Shown: positions 7,828 to 16,624, counted from the first letter of the stretch. The stretch is DNA of 64,000 nt from an uncultured Oscillospiraceae bacterium (GCA_964492705.1 CAZBLS010000002.1:140-64139); one strand, 5' to 3'. The notes: generated by a model from the letters alone, not told the origin. Program-made: numbers and translations.

Positions 7828-7866
7828 AAATTCCCGAAAGACTTATGTCTCTCGGGATTTTTTATT
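7828..7866. terminator. bidirectional intrinsic terminator between convergent genes
   Basis: AAATTCCCGAAAGAC / GTCTCTCGGGATTT hairpin, with an A-run on one side and a T-run on the other. Confidence 0.75.
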
Positions 7867-8512
7867 ACTGTTTCTTCAAAGTCAAAGGATACAGATCAAA
7901 TTCTTCGTCCGTTCCCACTGCGGAAACAATCTTGATTTCCGTATTGCTTACGATTTCGTATTCTTCATAAACGTCAGCATCGGGAACAGTGCCGCCATCA
8001 TAGGTGTAAAGTTTGCCGTTGCTTGCCTTGTACTTGCCCTCGTCCTCGATGTCATTGAACATATCGGCAAGTTCGTCTCTGTCGATGCTTGTTTCCGTCA
8101 ACTGCGCAATACTGTCAACACCCATATCGGAAAGTATGGCTTTAAGCGTGTCGCCGTCGGTAATATCAACGCCCATACTCAAACACAGGTCTTTAAGATA
8201 CGCTTCCATACCCACGGTAAGCGAGTCGGTAAGAGAATCGATGTACTTATCAACCGAATCTTTGTCAACCTTTGCCGAATAAGTACCGTCTTCGTTAAAT
8301 GCGAATACAAGATATACTTTCAAATCTTCAAACTTGAAGAAATCTTTCAGTTCTTCATCTTCACTGAATTCCTTTGCGGTAAGTTCGGTAACGTCAACTT
8401 CCGCTACCCATTCTCCCACAAATACTTTTTGGTCTCCTCCGCATCCCGTAAATGCCAAAAGCATAATTACGGTCATTACGGCACATACAACAGCCCGCAA
8501 ATGTCTTTTCAT
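7865..8512 (-). CDS. hypothetical lipoprotein
   Basis: 215 aa. Signal peptide with lipobox LAFTGC. Acidic Asp/Glu-rich mature part. No motif recognised. Confidence 0.6.
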   Translation of the reverse strand: MKRHLRAVVCAVMTVIMLLAFTGCGGDQKVFVGEWVAEVDVTELTAKEFSEDEELKDFFKFEDLKVYLVFAFNEDGTYSAKVDKDSVDKYIDSLTDSLTVGMEAYLKDLCLSMGVDITDGDTLKAILSDMGVDSIAQLTETSIDRDELADMFNDIEDEGKYKASNGKLYTYDGGTVPDADVYEEYEIVSNTEIKIVSAVGTDEEFDLYPLTLKKQ

Positions 8513-8540
8513 TGCTCTGCCCCGTTAATTTAAATAAATC

Positions 8541-9398
8541 TTACACCAATCCGTTTGCTTCAAGTTCGGCAATATAACGTTTAAGCGCATCCTGCCAAGA
8601 GGGTAACCGTTTAAAACCGTTTGCTTCAAGTTTATCCTTGCTCATTCTTGAATTAAACGGTCTCTTTGCCTTTGAGGGATATTTATCCGAAGTAATGGGG
8701 TTTACGACCGTATTAAGGTGTGCTTCTTTCATAATGGCATCCGCAAACTCCGCCCAAGAGCAAATACCCTCGTTTGTAGCGTGGTAGATACCGTATTTTT
8801 CCGTTTGTACAGCATCTGCAATAAGTACGGCAAGGTCTTTTGTATACGTGGGCGAACCTATTTGGTCGCAAACAACGTTAAGTTCGTCTCTTTCCTTGCC
8901 CAAGCGAATCATAGTTTTTACAAAATTCGCACCGTTTATGCCGAACACCCAAGAAATGCGGATGATAAAGTACTTATCGGTAATTTCACGCACTTTATCC
9001 TCGCCCAAGGATTTTGTTTCGCCGTAGTAATTGATAGGCTCTTTTTTATCTTCCGGTTCAAAGAAATTTTCGCCCTGACCGTTAAACACGTAATCGGTGC
9101 TGATATAAACCATTTTGGCGTTTATCTCTCGGCAGGCAAGCGCAACGTTTTCGGTTCCGTCTACGTTTACTTTACAGCAAGTTTCCCTTGCTTCTTCCGC
9201 TTTGTCCACAGCCGTAAATGCGGCGCAGTGAACTACCGCATCGGGAGCATATCCGCAAATATTTTTCTTTACCGCATCTCTGTCGGTAAGGTCGAAATCA
9301 TCAATATCAACGCCTTTGCATTCAATGCCCAACTCCGTAAGCCTTTTTACGGTATCGTAGCCGAGTTGCCCTTTTACACCCGTAACAAGTACTTTCAT
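8541..9398 (-). CDS. rfbD: dTDP-4-dehydrorhamnose reductase
   Basis: ORF 8541-9488. The true start is MKVLVTGVKGQLG at 9398, 2 nt after the rfbB stop and behind GAGGTAA. SYVFDG-like YISTDYVFNG motif. Confidence 0.9.
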   Translation of the reverse strand: MKVLVTGVKGQLGYDTVKRLTELGIECKGVDIDDFDLTDRDAVKKNICGYAPDAVVHCAAFTAVDKAEEARETCCKVNVDGTENVALACREINAKMVYISTDYVFNGQGENFFEPEDKKEPINYYGETKSLGEDKVREITDKYFIIRISWVFGINGANFVKTMIRLGKERDELNVVCDQIGSPTYTKDLAVLIADAVQTEKYGIYHATNEGICSWAEFADAIMKEAHLNTVVNPITSDKYPSKAKRPFNSRMSKDKLEANGFKRLPSWQDALKRYIAELEANGLV

Positions 9399-9400
9399 TT

Positions 9401-10420
9401 TTACCTCGCAGAATACATTCTCTCGTAATAGTTTTGATATTCGCCTTTGAGAATGTTCTCCCACCAATCTCTGTTTTCCAAATACCACTTAACGGTCTTA
9501 TGAATACCGTCGTCGAATTTAGTTGCCGGAAGCCAGCCCAACTCTCCGTGAATTTTCGTGGGGTCGATAGCATAGCGCCTGTCGTGACCGGGACGGTCGG
9601 TTACAAAGGTAATAAGACTTTCGGGTTTATCAAGTTCTTTAAGTATAGTCTTAACAACTTCCAAATTTGTTCTTTCGTTATGACCGCCGATATTGTAAAC
9701 TTCGCCCTCTCTGCCTTTTCTTATAACAAGGTCGATAGCCGAGCAATGGTCCTCAACGTACAGCCAATCCCTAACGTTTTCGCCCTTGCCGTACACGGGA
9801 AGACTTTCGTCGGCAAGCGCACGGGAAATTATAAGGGGAATAAGTTTTTCGGGGAAATGATAAGGACCGTAGTTATTGGAGCAACGGGTAATGCTTACGG
9901 GAAGACCGAACGTGCGGTGATATGCCAGCACAAGCAAATCAGCCGATGCCTTACTTGCCGAATAGGGGCTTGAAGTATGTATAGGTGTGCTTTCGGTAAA
10001 GAAAAGTTCGGGTCTGTCCAAGGGAAGATCGCCGTAAACTTCATCGGTGGAAACCTGATGATATCTCTTTATGCCGTACTTACGGCAAGCATCCATAAGC
10101 ACCTGTGTACCCATAATATTGGTGCGCAGGAAAATTTCGGGATTTTCGATTGAGCGGTCAACGTGACTCTCCGCCGCAAAGTTGACAACCATATCGGGTT
10201 TTTCTTCTTCAAAAAGTTTATACACGCATTCTCTGTCGGCAATATCGCCCTTTACAAAGCGGAAATTATCATTTTTCATCGCTTCGTCGAGAGTTGCCAA
10301 GTTACCTGCATAGGTAAGCGCATCAAGGCATACTATCCTATCCTCGGGATGATTTTTAAGTTCAAAATAAACAAAGTTACTGCCGATAAATCCGGCTCCG
10401 CCTGTTACAATAATCGTCAT
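9401..10420 (-). CDS. rfbB: dTDP-glucose 4,6-dehydratase
   Basis: 339 aa. VTGGAGFIGSNF Rossmann motif and YSASKASADLL catalytic YxxxK. Confidence 0.93.
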   Translation of the reverse strand: MTIIVTGGAGFIGSNFVYFELKNHPEDRIVCLDALTYAGNLATLDEAMKNDNFRFVKGDIADRECVYKLFEEEKPDMVVNFAAESHVDRSIENPEIFLRTNIMGTQVLMDACRKYGIKRYHQVSTDEVYGDLPLDRPELFFTESTPIHTSSPYSASKASADLLVLAYHRTFGLPVSITRCSNNYGPYHFPEKLIPLIISRALADESLPVYGKGENVRDWLYVEDHCSAIDLVIRKGREGEVYNIGGHNERTNLEVVKTILKELDKPESLITFVTDRPGHDRRYAIDPTKIHGELGWLPATKFDDGIHKTVKWYLENRDWWENILKGEYQNYYERMYSAR

Positions 10421-10432
10421 TTGTTTTTCTCC

Positions 10433-10984
10433 TTAATATTTAAAATTGCAGTCACTGTCTTTAAGCAGAGGTGCATTCATATCTTTGTCCGAAATAATCG
10501 GGTTTTCCACATTCCATTCAACGCCGATAGTTTCATCGTCGAACCTTACCGAACGGTCACATTCCTTGGAATAATAGTTGTCGCACTTATAAACGAAATT
10601 CACGTCGTCGGTAAGCGTTACAAAACCGTGAGCAAATCCTTTGGGTATAAAGAACTGGCGCTTGTTTTCGGCGGAAAGTTCCACGCTGACCCATTTAAGA
10701 TACGTGGGTGAACCCTTGCGCAGGTCAACCGCCACGTCCATTACCGCACCCGAAACAACTCTTACGAGTTTTGACTGTGCCATAGGATCCATTTGGAAAT
10801 GAAGTCCTCTCAAAGTACCTTTCTTTGCGGTAAAACTTTGATTGTCCTGTACGAAATCAACGTCTATGCCCAATTCTTCAAGTTTCTTTTTTGACCAAGT
10901 TTCGGCAAACCAACCTCTGTGGTCACCGAAAACATCCGGCTCGATTATAACTACGCCGGGTATATCTGTTTTTATTGCTTTCAT
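10433..10984 (-). CDS. rfbC: dTDP-4-dehydrorhamnose 3,5-epimerase
   Basis: 183 aa. FGDHRGWFAETW, LRGLHFQ and KLVRVVSGAVMDVAVDLR motifs. Confidence 0.93.
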   Translation of the reverse strand: MKAIKTDIPGVVIIEPDVFGDHRGWFAETWSKKKLEELGIDVDFVQDNQSFTAKKGTLRGLHFQMDPMAQSKLVRVVSGAVMDVAVDLRKGSPTYLKWVSVELSAENKRQFFIPKGFAHGFVTLTDDVNFVYKCDNYYSKECDRSVRFDDETIGVEWNVENPIISDKDMNAPLLKDSDCNFKY

Positions 10985-11038
10985 TTTTTATTCCTCCGAT
11001 AGAGTAGTGTATCCGTTTTCGCTTTGCGGACACAGTAT

Positions 11039-11067
11039 ATTTTACTACATATACGCTTTTTTTGCAA
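11039..11067 (-). promoter_or_regulatory. candidate sigma-A promoter upstream of rfbC
   Basis: On the minus strand: TTGCAA (11062-11067), 17 nt, TAAAAT (11039-11044). Confidence 0.4.
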
Positions 11068-11089
11068 GCGACAAAAATTGCGCTTTATT

Positions 11090-12106
11090 TTAAATGAAAA
11101 TAAAGTCCGTATCCCAAGCGGGAATATAGTGCCTGTGCCTCATATATATGCGGTATGTAGGGTCGATTTTAAGCACTTTAAGTGGTAATGAAAATATATC
11201 TTCGCTCCTGTGATATGCGGATATCATCATCTTGGGATGACAGCGCTTTACCGTGTTTTCGCCACCCGTCAGCATTTTTTCTTCCGCGCCCTCCACGTCC
11301 GCCTTTATAAAAGTGAAGTCTTCGTTTAAGCCGTCCACGGTAAACGATTGCACCGTCTTGCCGTTTTCCGATATCCTGCCGTTGCGTCCGCCCTTTGAAA
11401 AAAACACCGTTTCACCCTCACGGTCGCTTACCGCACCGTTTAAGCATACCGTATTTTTAAGATTTTCCGTATTGGCTTTAAGTTTACGGAAGTTTCTCGC
11501 ATCTGCTTCTATTGCCGTTATTTTTTGCCAAGACGTGACCTGTGAAACGAATTTCAGCACCGTATCGCCGTTATATGCTCCCAAATCAAGATATTTTTCG
11601 TTATCCGAAAGTTTTAAAATATCCGTTATATCCTTTTCTTCGCATTCGCAAGCGGTTAAGTGGCGTATCTCTCCGTCAAGTTTAAATGCACATATTTCGT
11701 CAAACGTCTTAACGGACAGGCTGTCGGCAAGATGTGCACGTACCGTATCCAATTCTTCTTTATGCTCCTTGTAAAAACCGCAGTTAAACAGTGTGTCCCC
11801 CACAACGGGCACGTCGGGAGCATACGTTTCCGCATCAAGGCTTTTTATTCTGTCGGTTACTTCTTTAAGGCTGCTGCCGAACCCCACCAATACCCTCATA
11901 TCGGGATAGAGTTCTTTCGCCTCATGAAAAGTCATTACTTTTTTCCCTAAAAAGAACTGCCCCCGTACAAATCCGTCACTTGCGAAAAATCCGTCTGCTT
12001 CCTTACCGTAGGAATGCAGTACGTTTACTATCTTCTGTGCACCGTCGCCCATACCGTATATGACAATCGGTCTGTCCGATCTTTTGAGTTTTTCCCAAAT
12101 ATCCAT
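11090..12106 (-). CDS. FkbM-family SAM-dependent methyltransferase with an N-terminal extra domain
   Basis: 338 aa. LDLGAYNGDT (SAM motif I-like) and FIKADVEGAEEKML are typical of FkbM methyltransferases. Confidence 0.7.
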   Translation of the reverse strand: MDIWEKLKRSDRPIVIYGMGDGAQKIVNVLHSYGKEADGFFASDGFVRGQFFLGKKVMTFHEAKELYPDMRVLVGFGSSLKEVTDRIKSLDAETYAPDVPVVGDTLFNCGFYKEHKEELDTVRAHLADSLSVKTFDEICAFKLDGEIRHLTACECEEKDITDILKLSDNEKYLDLGAYNGDTVLKFVSQVTSWQKITAIEADARNFRKLKANTENLKNTVCLNGAVSDREGETVFFSKGGRNGRISENGKTVQSFTVDGLNEDFTFIKADVEGAEEKMLTGGENTVKRCHPKMMISAYHRSEDIFSLPLKVLKIDPTYRIYMRHRHYIPAWDTDFIFI

Positions 12107-12110
12107 ATTT

Positions 12111-13109
12111 TTACCCGTAATTTGAAAGATCGGTGGCGTAGCAATACTGTGCGGAAGTCAGTTTTCCGAATATATACTTATTCGATGCGGATTCGCACAT
12201 AACGTAAAGTTTGCCGTCCGCTACGGCTATTTCTTCCGACATTGGCGGAATTTTTATTTCCTCTTCCAAGCAGGAAGAATCAAGCACGTATCTTTCCGTA
12301 TTTTGCCCAAGCACGGTAATTTCACCCTCTTTTTTCGCTTCTCCGTAAATGCTTATATGGGAAAATGCCGTGGCATATGAGGTGGAAAGGCATATTCTGC
12401 CTTTTGGGTCAAAACACATTCCCTGTACAAGTCCTTTTACGGAATATGCACGTTCTATTTTGTCAAGAATACCGTATTGAGCATTTGCATCAAGTTTAAA
12501 TTCAAGTATCAGTGCGCCGTTTTCGTCCCCTGCGTTTGTGGTATACTTGTGGCTGTCTCTTGTGGGATAGTTTTCTTCACGGTAAAATTCGCCCGCAAAA
12601 ATGCTTCCGTTTTCAATATGAACAAATGCCACGCCCAATCCGTCATCTTCTCCTTGGGTGGAAAACGTGCCCTGTGCCCGTATCTCTCCGCCACTCTCGC
12701 ATCTGTCCGCATCTTCTTTTAAATACGTAACAAGACCCGTTTTATCCGCAATATACACGTAATTTTCGTTTACGGCTATTCCGCCTACGTGACCGCAAAA
12801 TTTTTCTCCGTTTACGTCGGCAAGTTTTATGCTTTTTATCTCCTTACCCGTATTTGCGTCAACTGCAAATATTGCCGAAGCACCGCCGTCCGTCCTATAT
12901 GCGGTAATATAAAACACGCCGTCAAAATAAGCGAGTCCCTGCTGCACGTATCCGCCGTTCACCGACGGTATCTTAAAGGCTTTTTCGGAATTTTTATAGT
13001 ATTCCCGTACGGGAAACCTAAAATATATGCGTGCGCCCAAAACCGTAAGCACAGCCAAAACGATAACCGATGAAATCACTTTTAATATAATTTTTATGCA
13101 CTTATTCAA
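12111..13109 (-). CDS. hypothetical N-terminally membrane-anchored extracytoplasmic protein (beta-rich, propeller-like)
   Basis: 332 aa. Single N-terminal TM (ILKVISSVIVLAVLTVLGA). Repeated beta-strand-like segments. No catalytic motif recognised. Its stop lies 4 nt before the methyltransferase start. Confidence 0.55.
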   Translation of the reverse strand: MNKCIKIILKVISSVIVLAVLTVLGARIYFRFPVREYYKNSEKAFKIPSVNGGYVQQGLAYFDGVFYITAYRTDGGASAIFAVDANTGKEIKSIKLADVNGEKFCGHVGGIAVNENYVYIADKTGLVTYLKEDADRCESGGEIRAQGTFSTQGEDDGLGVAFVHIENGSIFAGEFYREENYPTRDSHKYTTNAGDENGALILEFKLDANAQYGILDKIERAYSVKGLVQGMCFDPKGRICLSTSYATAFSHISIYGEAKKEGEITVLGQNTERYVLDSSCLEEEIKIPPMSEEIAVADGKLYVMCESASNKYIFGKLTSAQYCYATDLSNYG

Positions 13110-13143
13110 AGTTCGTACCTCTTTTCTTTTTAAGCAAAAGCCA

Positions 13144-13168
13144 ATAAAAAACCCGCTTTAAGCGGGTA
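13144..13168 (-). terminator. intrinsic terminator after the ppx-like gene
   Basis: ACCCGCT-TAA-AGCGGGT hairpin followed by TTTTTT on the minus strand. Confidence 0.75.
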
Positions 13169-13171
13169 AAT

Positions 13172-14074
13172 CTAACGTATACCTGTTTTATATTCCGCAA
13201 AACCTTCAAGAGAATCCCTGTCGCTTACGGTTATGCCGTCAAAGCCGTAATATTCCACTACCGCCTGCAATATACATCCGCCGTAAACGATAATATCCGC
13301 CCGAGGAGCAAATTCGCCCGAATACTCTCTGCGTTCTCTGTCCGTCATTTGCGCCATTTTTTCCGTTTGCGAAACAATATCTTCCCTTTTAAGGAACATA
13401 TCCTGAATTTTTTCGGGACAATAAGTTTTAAGTCCCAGACTGAGAGATGCAAGGGTAGTGGGCGTTCCGCTTACGCCGACCAACTCTTTTGCAAGGGCAA
13501 TATCCGTCTTTTCGCCGTACTTGCCCGCAAAATTTTCCTTAACGTACTCTTTCACCGCAACGGTATCTATTTTTCCGCCGTTGTCCGCAAAAACTTCTTT
13601 AAGCCTTACGCCTCCCGTCTTTTGCGAAAGCGCACGGAAATTCCCGTTTATATTCGTAACTACCTCGGTGGAACCTCCTCCGATGTCTATCACCGCACAG
13701 CCGTCCTTGCCGTTTGATGCGCCCATATACGCTATCTTGCCTTCAAGTTCGCCGGATATTATCTCCGGAACGATACCGCACGCTTTTTTTACGGCACCGA
13801 CAAATTCGTTGCCGTTACTCGCTTCACGAACGGTGGCGGTGGCATATATGAAAATTCTGTCCGCATTAAAGTTTTGTGCCTTTTGTACGTATTCTTCTAT
13901 CTGCCTGCACGTACGTTCAAGAGGTTCTTTGCCTATAACGTTTGAAACGCTTATTCCCTCACCTATACGGGTGGTTGCGAGAAATTTACCTTTGCACACC
14001 TGTTTTTTACCCGAAACGTCCGCAACGTAGAGCCTAACCGAATTTGTGCCCACGTCAATTACCGCAATATTCAA
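13172..14074 (-). CDS. Ppx/GppA-family phosphatase (exopolyphosphatase-like)
   Basis: 300 aa. IAVIDVGTNSVRL and IDIGGGSTE are actin-fold ATPase motifs typical of Ppx/GppA. Confidence 0.85.
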   Translation of the reverse strand: MNIAVIDVGTNSVRLYVADVSGKKQVCKGKFLATTRIGEGISVSNVIGKEPLERTCRQIEEYVQKAQNFNADRIFIYATATVREASNGNEFVGAVKKACGIVPEIISGELEGKIAYMGASNGKDGCAVIDIGGGSTEVVTNINGNFRALSQKTGGVRLKEVFADNGGKIDTVAVKEYVKENFAGKYGEKTDIALAKELVGVSGTPTTLASLSLGLKTYCPEKIQDMFLKREDIVSQTEKMAQMTDRERREYSGEFAPRADIIVYGGCILQAVVEYYGFDGITVSDRDSLEGFAEYKTGIR

Positions 14075-14367
14075 CCGTCATCCTCCGCAACGTCAATGCG
14101 CACTTCGCCATCTTTTACCATGCCGAAGTGACTGCGCATATATTTATCGATATAATCAAGCGTGTTTTTATCTTCTACGCTTTTAAGTTTTGCCTGATAC
14201 TCTTCTTCAAGCCGTGCGTTTTCTTCCTGTATCTGTGCCATCTGCTTTCTCTGTTGGGACAGAACCGTTTCCTGCTTTACGTAAACATAGCAAAAAGAGC
14301 ACAGTGCAATAAAGAAAACAACCGTGGTCACCCTGCGGATAAACTTGTTTTTCTTTTTACTTGCCAT
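14071..14367 (-). CDS. divIC: septum formation initiator, DivIC/FtsB family
   Basis: ORF 14071-14400. The likely start is MASKKKN at 14367, behind AGGAGGG. Single TM followed by the coiled coil QQRKQMAQIQEENARLEEEYQAKL. Confidence 0.8.
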   Translation of the reverse strand: MASKKKNKFIRRVTTVVFFIALCSFCYVYVKQETVLSQQRKQMAQIQEENARLEEEYQAKLKSVEDKNTLDYIDKYMRSHFGMVKDGEVRIDVAEDDG

Positions 14368-14378
14368 CTTATGCCCTC

Positions 14379-14735
14379 CTATTTTTTCAGTTTTGCCCAT
14401 TTACTTTTTACGCTCGGACTCTCCTTAAAATTATACAAAACTTTTGCCGAAAAGTCTATTGATTTTTTTATAAAATAGCCGATAAACGGTCTTTCGCATA
14501 AAAAACCCGTAAAAACGGCAACAAAAAAGTACAGACGGATTTCGCCGGAATTGAAAAAGTATGCGCAAAGTGCAAATCCGACCCCGTAAACAAGAGAAAA
14601 AATTATATCCGCAAAGACCTTGCTCCTCCCTCTGCGAAATACATACAGCAATCCGTATACAACGCCTAAAAATATCCCGAGGCAAAAGAACACCGCAAAA
14701 AGCGGTGCCTGCCGAGAAGTCTCGAAAAGTCTCAT
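14379..14735 (-). CDS. yabQ: spore cortex biosynthesis protein YabQ
   Basis: 118-aa polytopic membrane protein located between yabP and divIC, the conserved gene order. ATGA overlap with the yabP stop. Confidence 0.7.
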   Translation of the reverse strand: MRLFETSRQAPLFAVFFCLGIFLGVVYGLLYVFRRGRSKVFADIIFSLVYGVGFALCAYFFNSGEIRLYFFVAVFTGFLCERPFIGYFIKKSIDFSAKVLYNFKESPSVKSKWAKLKK

Positions 14736-15013
14736 TTAAATATCCTTGAAAGAAATCCTTCTTTTCTGTCTTTATCCGTATATTCCACACCCGTTATAAA
14801 TCCGTCAACGGTGAGAATACCGTTTTCGGGGTCAAGCCGTGTAATATGCAGTTTCTGCCCGTAAATGCATATTCCGCCGTTTCCGCCCGATGCATTTACT
14901 TCGCTCTCGTCAAAACTGTCCACTCCCGTTATGCCCGTAAGGGAAACACGTTCTCGGTTTTCTATGTTTATTCTGTAATCGCTTTTCCTCTGTACATTTA
15001 CAAGTTCGTTCAT
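14732..15013 (-). CDS. yabP: sporulation protein YabP
   Basis: ORF 14732-15061. The likely start is MNELVNV at 15013, behind AGAGGTGG. The sequence RVSLTGITGVDSFDESEV...KLHITRLDPENGILTVDGFITGVEY is typical of YabP/YqfC. Confidence 0.8.
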   Translation of the reverse strand: MNELVNVQRKSDYRINIENRERVSLTGITGVDSFDESEVNASGGNGGICIYGQKLHITRLDPENGILTVDGFITGVEYTDKDRKEGFLSRIFK

Positions 15014-15057
15014 TTTACCACCTCTCTTAAATTGATATTCTGTTTTAAAAGAAAATA

Positions 15058-15777
15058 TCACCTCATTTTCCGCCGAAGTTTTTCGATGGTTCTGCTTTCT
15101 ATCCTTGAAATTTGCACTTGCGATATTCCGAGAATATCCGCCGTTCGGCTTTGGGTATAATTTTTAAAATACCTTAACAGTATTACTTTCTTTTCCTTTT
15201 CTTCAAGCTGGTCCAAGCACTGCCTCAACGCAAGTTTATTTTCGATGCTCGCCCCTTTCTTTCTGTCTTCCAGCATATCCAAAACAGCCGTATCGCCGTC
15301 TTCCGAAAGCGGTTCGTCAAGCGAAACCGTCGTGCTCATACTTTCAAGTACGTACAGCACCGTTTCCTCATCGCAACCCATTCTTTCCGCTATCTCTTCA
15401 ACCGTGGCTTCCCTGCCTTTTTCCACTGCCAAAGTACGCCGTGCATAGCGCAGTTTCTGTTGCATATCTTTCAGTGAACGGGGCATTTTCACGGGAGAAT
15501 TATCTCTGACAAAGCGTTTGACTTCTCCGCTTATCATCGGAACGGCATATGTTGAAAAGCGCACGTTAAAACTTGTATCAAACCCTGCCACGGCTTTTAA
15601 AAGGCCGATATTTCCCACCTGTAAAAGATCTTCGTATTCCGTTCCCCGACCCAAAAACCGTTTTATCACCGACCTGACAAGGGGTTCGTTATCGCACACG
15701 AGTTTACTGCGTGCTCTTTCATCCCCCTGCTGTGAAAGTCGGATAAGTTCCGCCGTGTCAGCCGTATCCCACTTCAA
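15058..15777 (-). CDS. sigF: sporulation sigma factor SigF
   Basis: 239 aa. Sigma-70 regions 2-4 present (DLLQVGNIGLLKAVAGFD, TQSRTADILGISQVQISRIE). Third gene of the spoIIAA-spoIIAB operon. Confidence 0.9.
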   Translation of the reverse strand: MKWDTADTAELIRLSQQGDERARSKLVCDNEPLVRSVIKRFLGRGTEYEDLLQVGNIGLLKAVAGFDTSFNVRFSTYAVPMISGEVKRFVRDNSPVKMPRSLKDMQQKLRYARRTLAVEKGREATVEEIAERMGCDEETVLYVLESMSTTVSLDEPLSEDGDTAVLDMLEDRKKGASIENKLALRQCLDQLEEKEKKVILLRYFKNYTQSRTADILGISQVQISRIESRTIEKLRRKMR

Positions 15778-16199
15778 TTTTTTCCTCCTATCTTCTTATA
15801 CATTACAACTCTTGTCCCCTCATCAGGCGCACTGACCACCTCTACTTTGTCGGTAAAACTTTCCATAACGGTAAATCCCATACCCGACCTCGTTCCGTCA
15901 CCGCAAGTGGTGAAAAAAGGTTCCCGTGCCTTTGCAACGTCGGATATTCCCACGCCGTCGTCGAGAACTTCTATTTTCAGCACGTTGCCGTCGGCATACA
16001 TTTTTATTTCTATTATTCCCCTTTTATTGCCGTAGCCGTGCACCACGGCATTGGTAACCGCCTCGCTTACCGCAGTTTTTATATCCGAAATCTCTTCCAC
16101 AGTTGGGTTGTACGGCAATGCGAAAGACGATACCGCCATTCTTGCAAATCTTTCGTTTTCCGAAAGGGATTCAAACTTTATTTCCGCAAAATTATTCAT
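15774..16199 (-). CDS. spoIIAB: anti-sigma F factor (serine kinase) SpoIIAB
   Basis: 141 aa. HATPase-like motifs EAVTNAVVHGY and DDGVGI...GMGF. 4-nt overlap with sigF. Confidence 0.9.
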   Translation of the reverse strand: MNNFAEIKFESLSENERFARMAVSSFALPYNPTVEEISDIKTAVSEAVTNAVVHGYGNKRGIIEIKMYADGNVLKIEVLDDGVGISDVAKAREPFFTTCGDGTRSGMGFTVMESFTDKVEVVSAPDEGTRVVMYKKIGGKN

Positions 16200-16493
16200 T
16201 TACGCTTTCTCCTCTCTTTTCGGCATAAGAGTATATATTCCCGACATTTTAAGTAACTTATCCACGTTCCCCGTTGCACCCGTAATATATATTTTTCGAG
16301 TAGCGAACAGTTTATATCTGCCCAAAAGCACGCCTATTCCGCTTGAATCCATAAACGTAACGTTCGAGAGATCCATTATCACTTTGTCCGCACCGCTCTT
16401 TAATATCGCCCTGTCGGCTTCCTCTCTGACTTTCGGGGCGCTGTGATGATCGATTTCGCCCCGTAAAACTACTCTGCATTCCATAAAAAACAT
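16200..16493 (-). CDS. spoIIAA: anti-sigma F factor antagonist SpoIIAA (STAS domain)
   Basis: 97 aa. The FMDSSGIGVLLGRY motif contains the phosphorylatable Ser. Confidence 0.85.
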   Translation of the reverse strand: MFFMECRVVLRGEIDHHSAPKVREEADRAILKSGADKVIMDLSNVTFMDSSGIGVLLGRYKLFATRKIYITGATGNVDKLLKMSGIYTLMPKREEKA

Positions 16494-16509
16494 CTCCTTT
16501 ATATTTTTT

Positions 16510-16534
16510 ATTCAGCAACAAAAAAGACGTTCCT
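16510..16534 (-). promoter_or_regulatory. candidate sigma-H-type promoter of the spoIIA operon
   Basis: On the minus strand: AGGAAC (16529-16534) and GAAT (16510-16513), with 17 nt between AGGA and GAAT as in the sigma-H consensus. Weak call, and it overlaps a hairpin. Confidence 0.3.
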
Positions 16535-16606
16535 GTATAAAAGAACGTCTGATTTTAGCTTGTTTTGCCGAAAAAAAGCACCGCAGAGATTTACTTACGG
16601 TGCTTT
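16517..16606 (-). terminator. two tandem intrinsic terminators after the surface-protein gene
   Basis: Hairpin AGCACCG/CGGTGCT (16577-16604) plus T7, and hairpin AGACGTTC/GAACGTCT (16525-16550) plus T6, both read on the minus strand. Confidence 0.7.
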
Positions 16607-16624
16607 TAAATTATTTACGGTTAT

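Noticed and set aside
7705-7935. 76-aa ORF overlapping the Cys-rich peptide ORF and running through the bidirectional terminator.
   Set aside because: It has no RBS, crosses a strong terminator hairpin and overlaps the end of the convergent lipoprotein gene.
14431-14790. 119-aa ORF overlapping yabQ and yabP in another frame.
   Set aside because: The yabQ frame gives a coherent polytopic membrane protein in the conserved yabP-yabQ-divIC order with ATGA coupling. The alternative frame is Arg/Cys-rich with no RBS.
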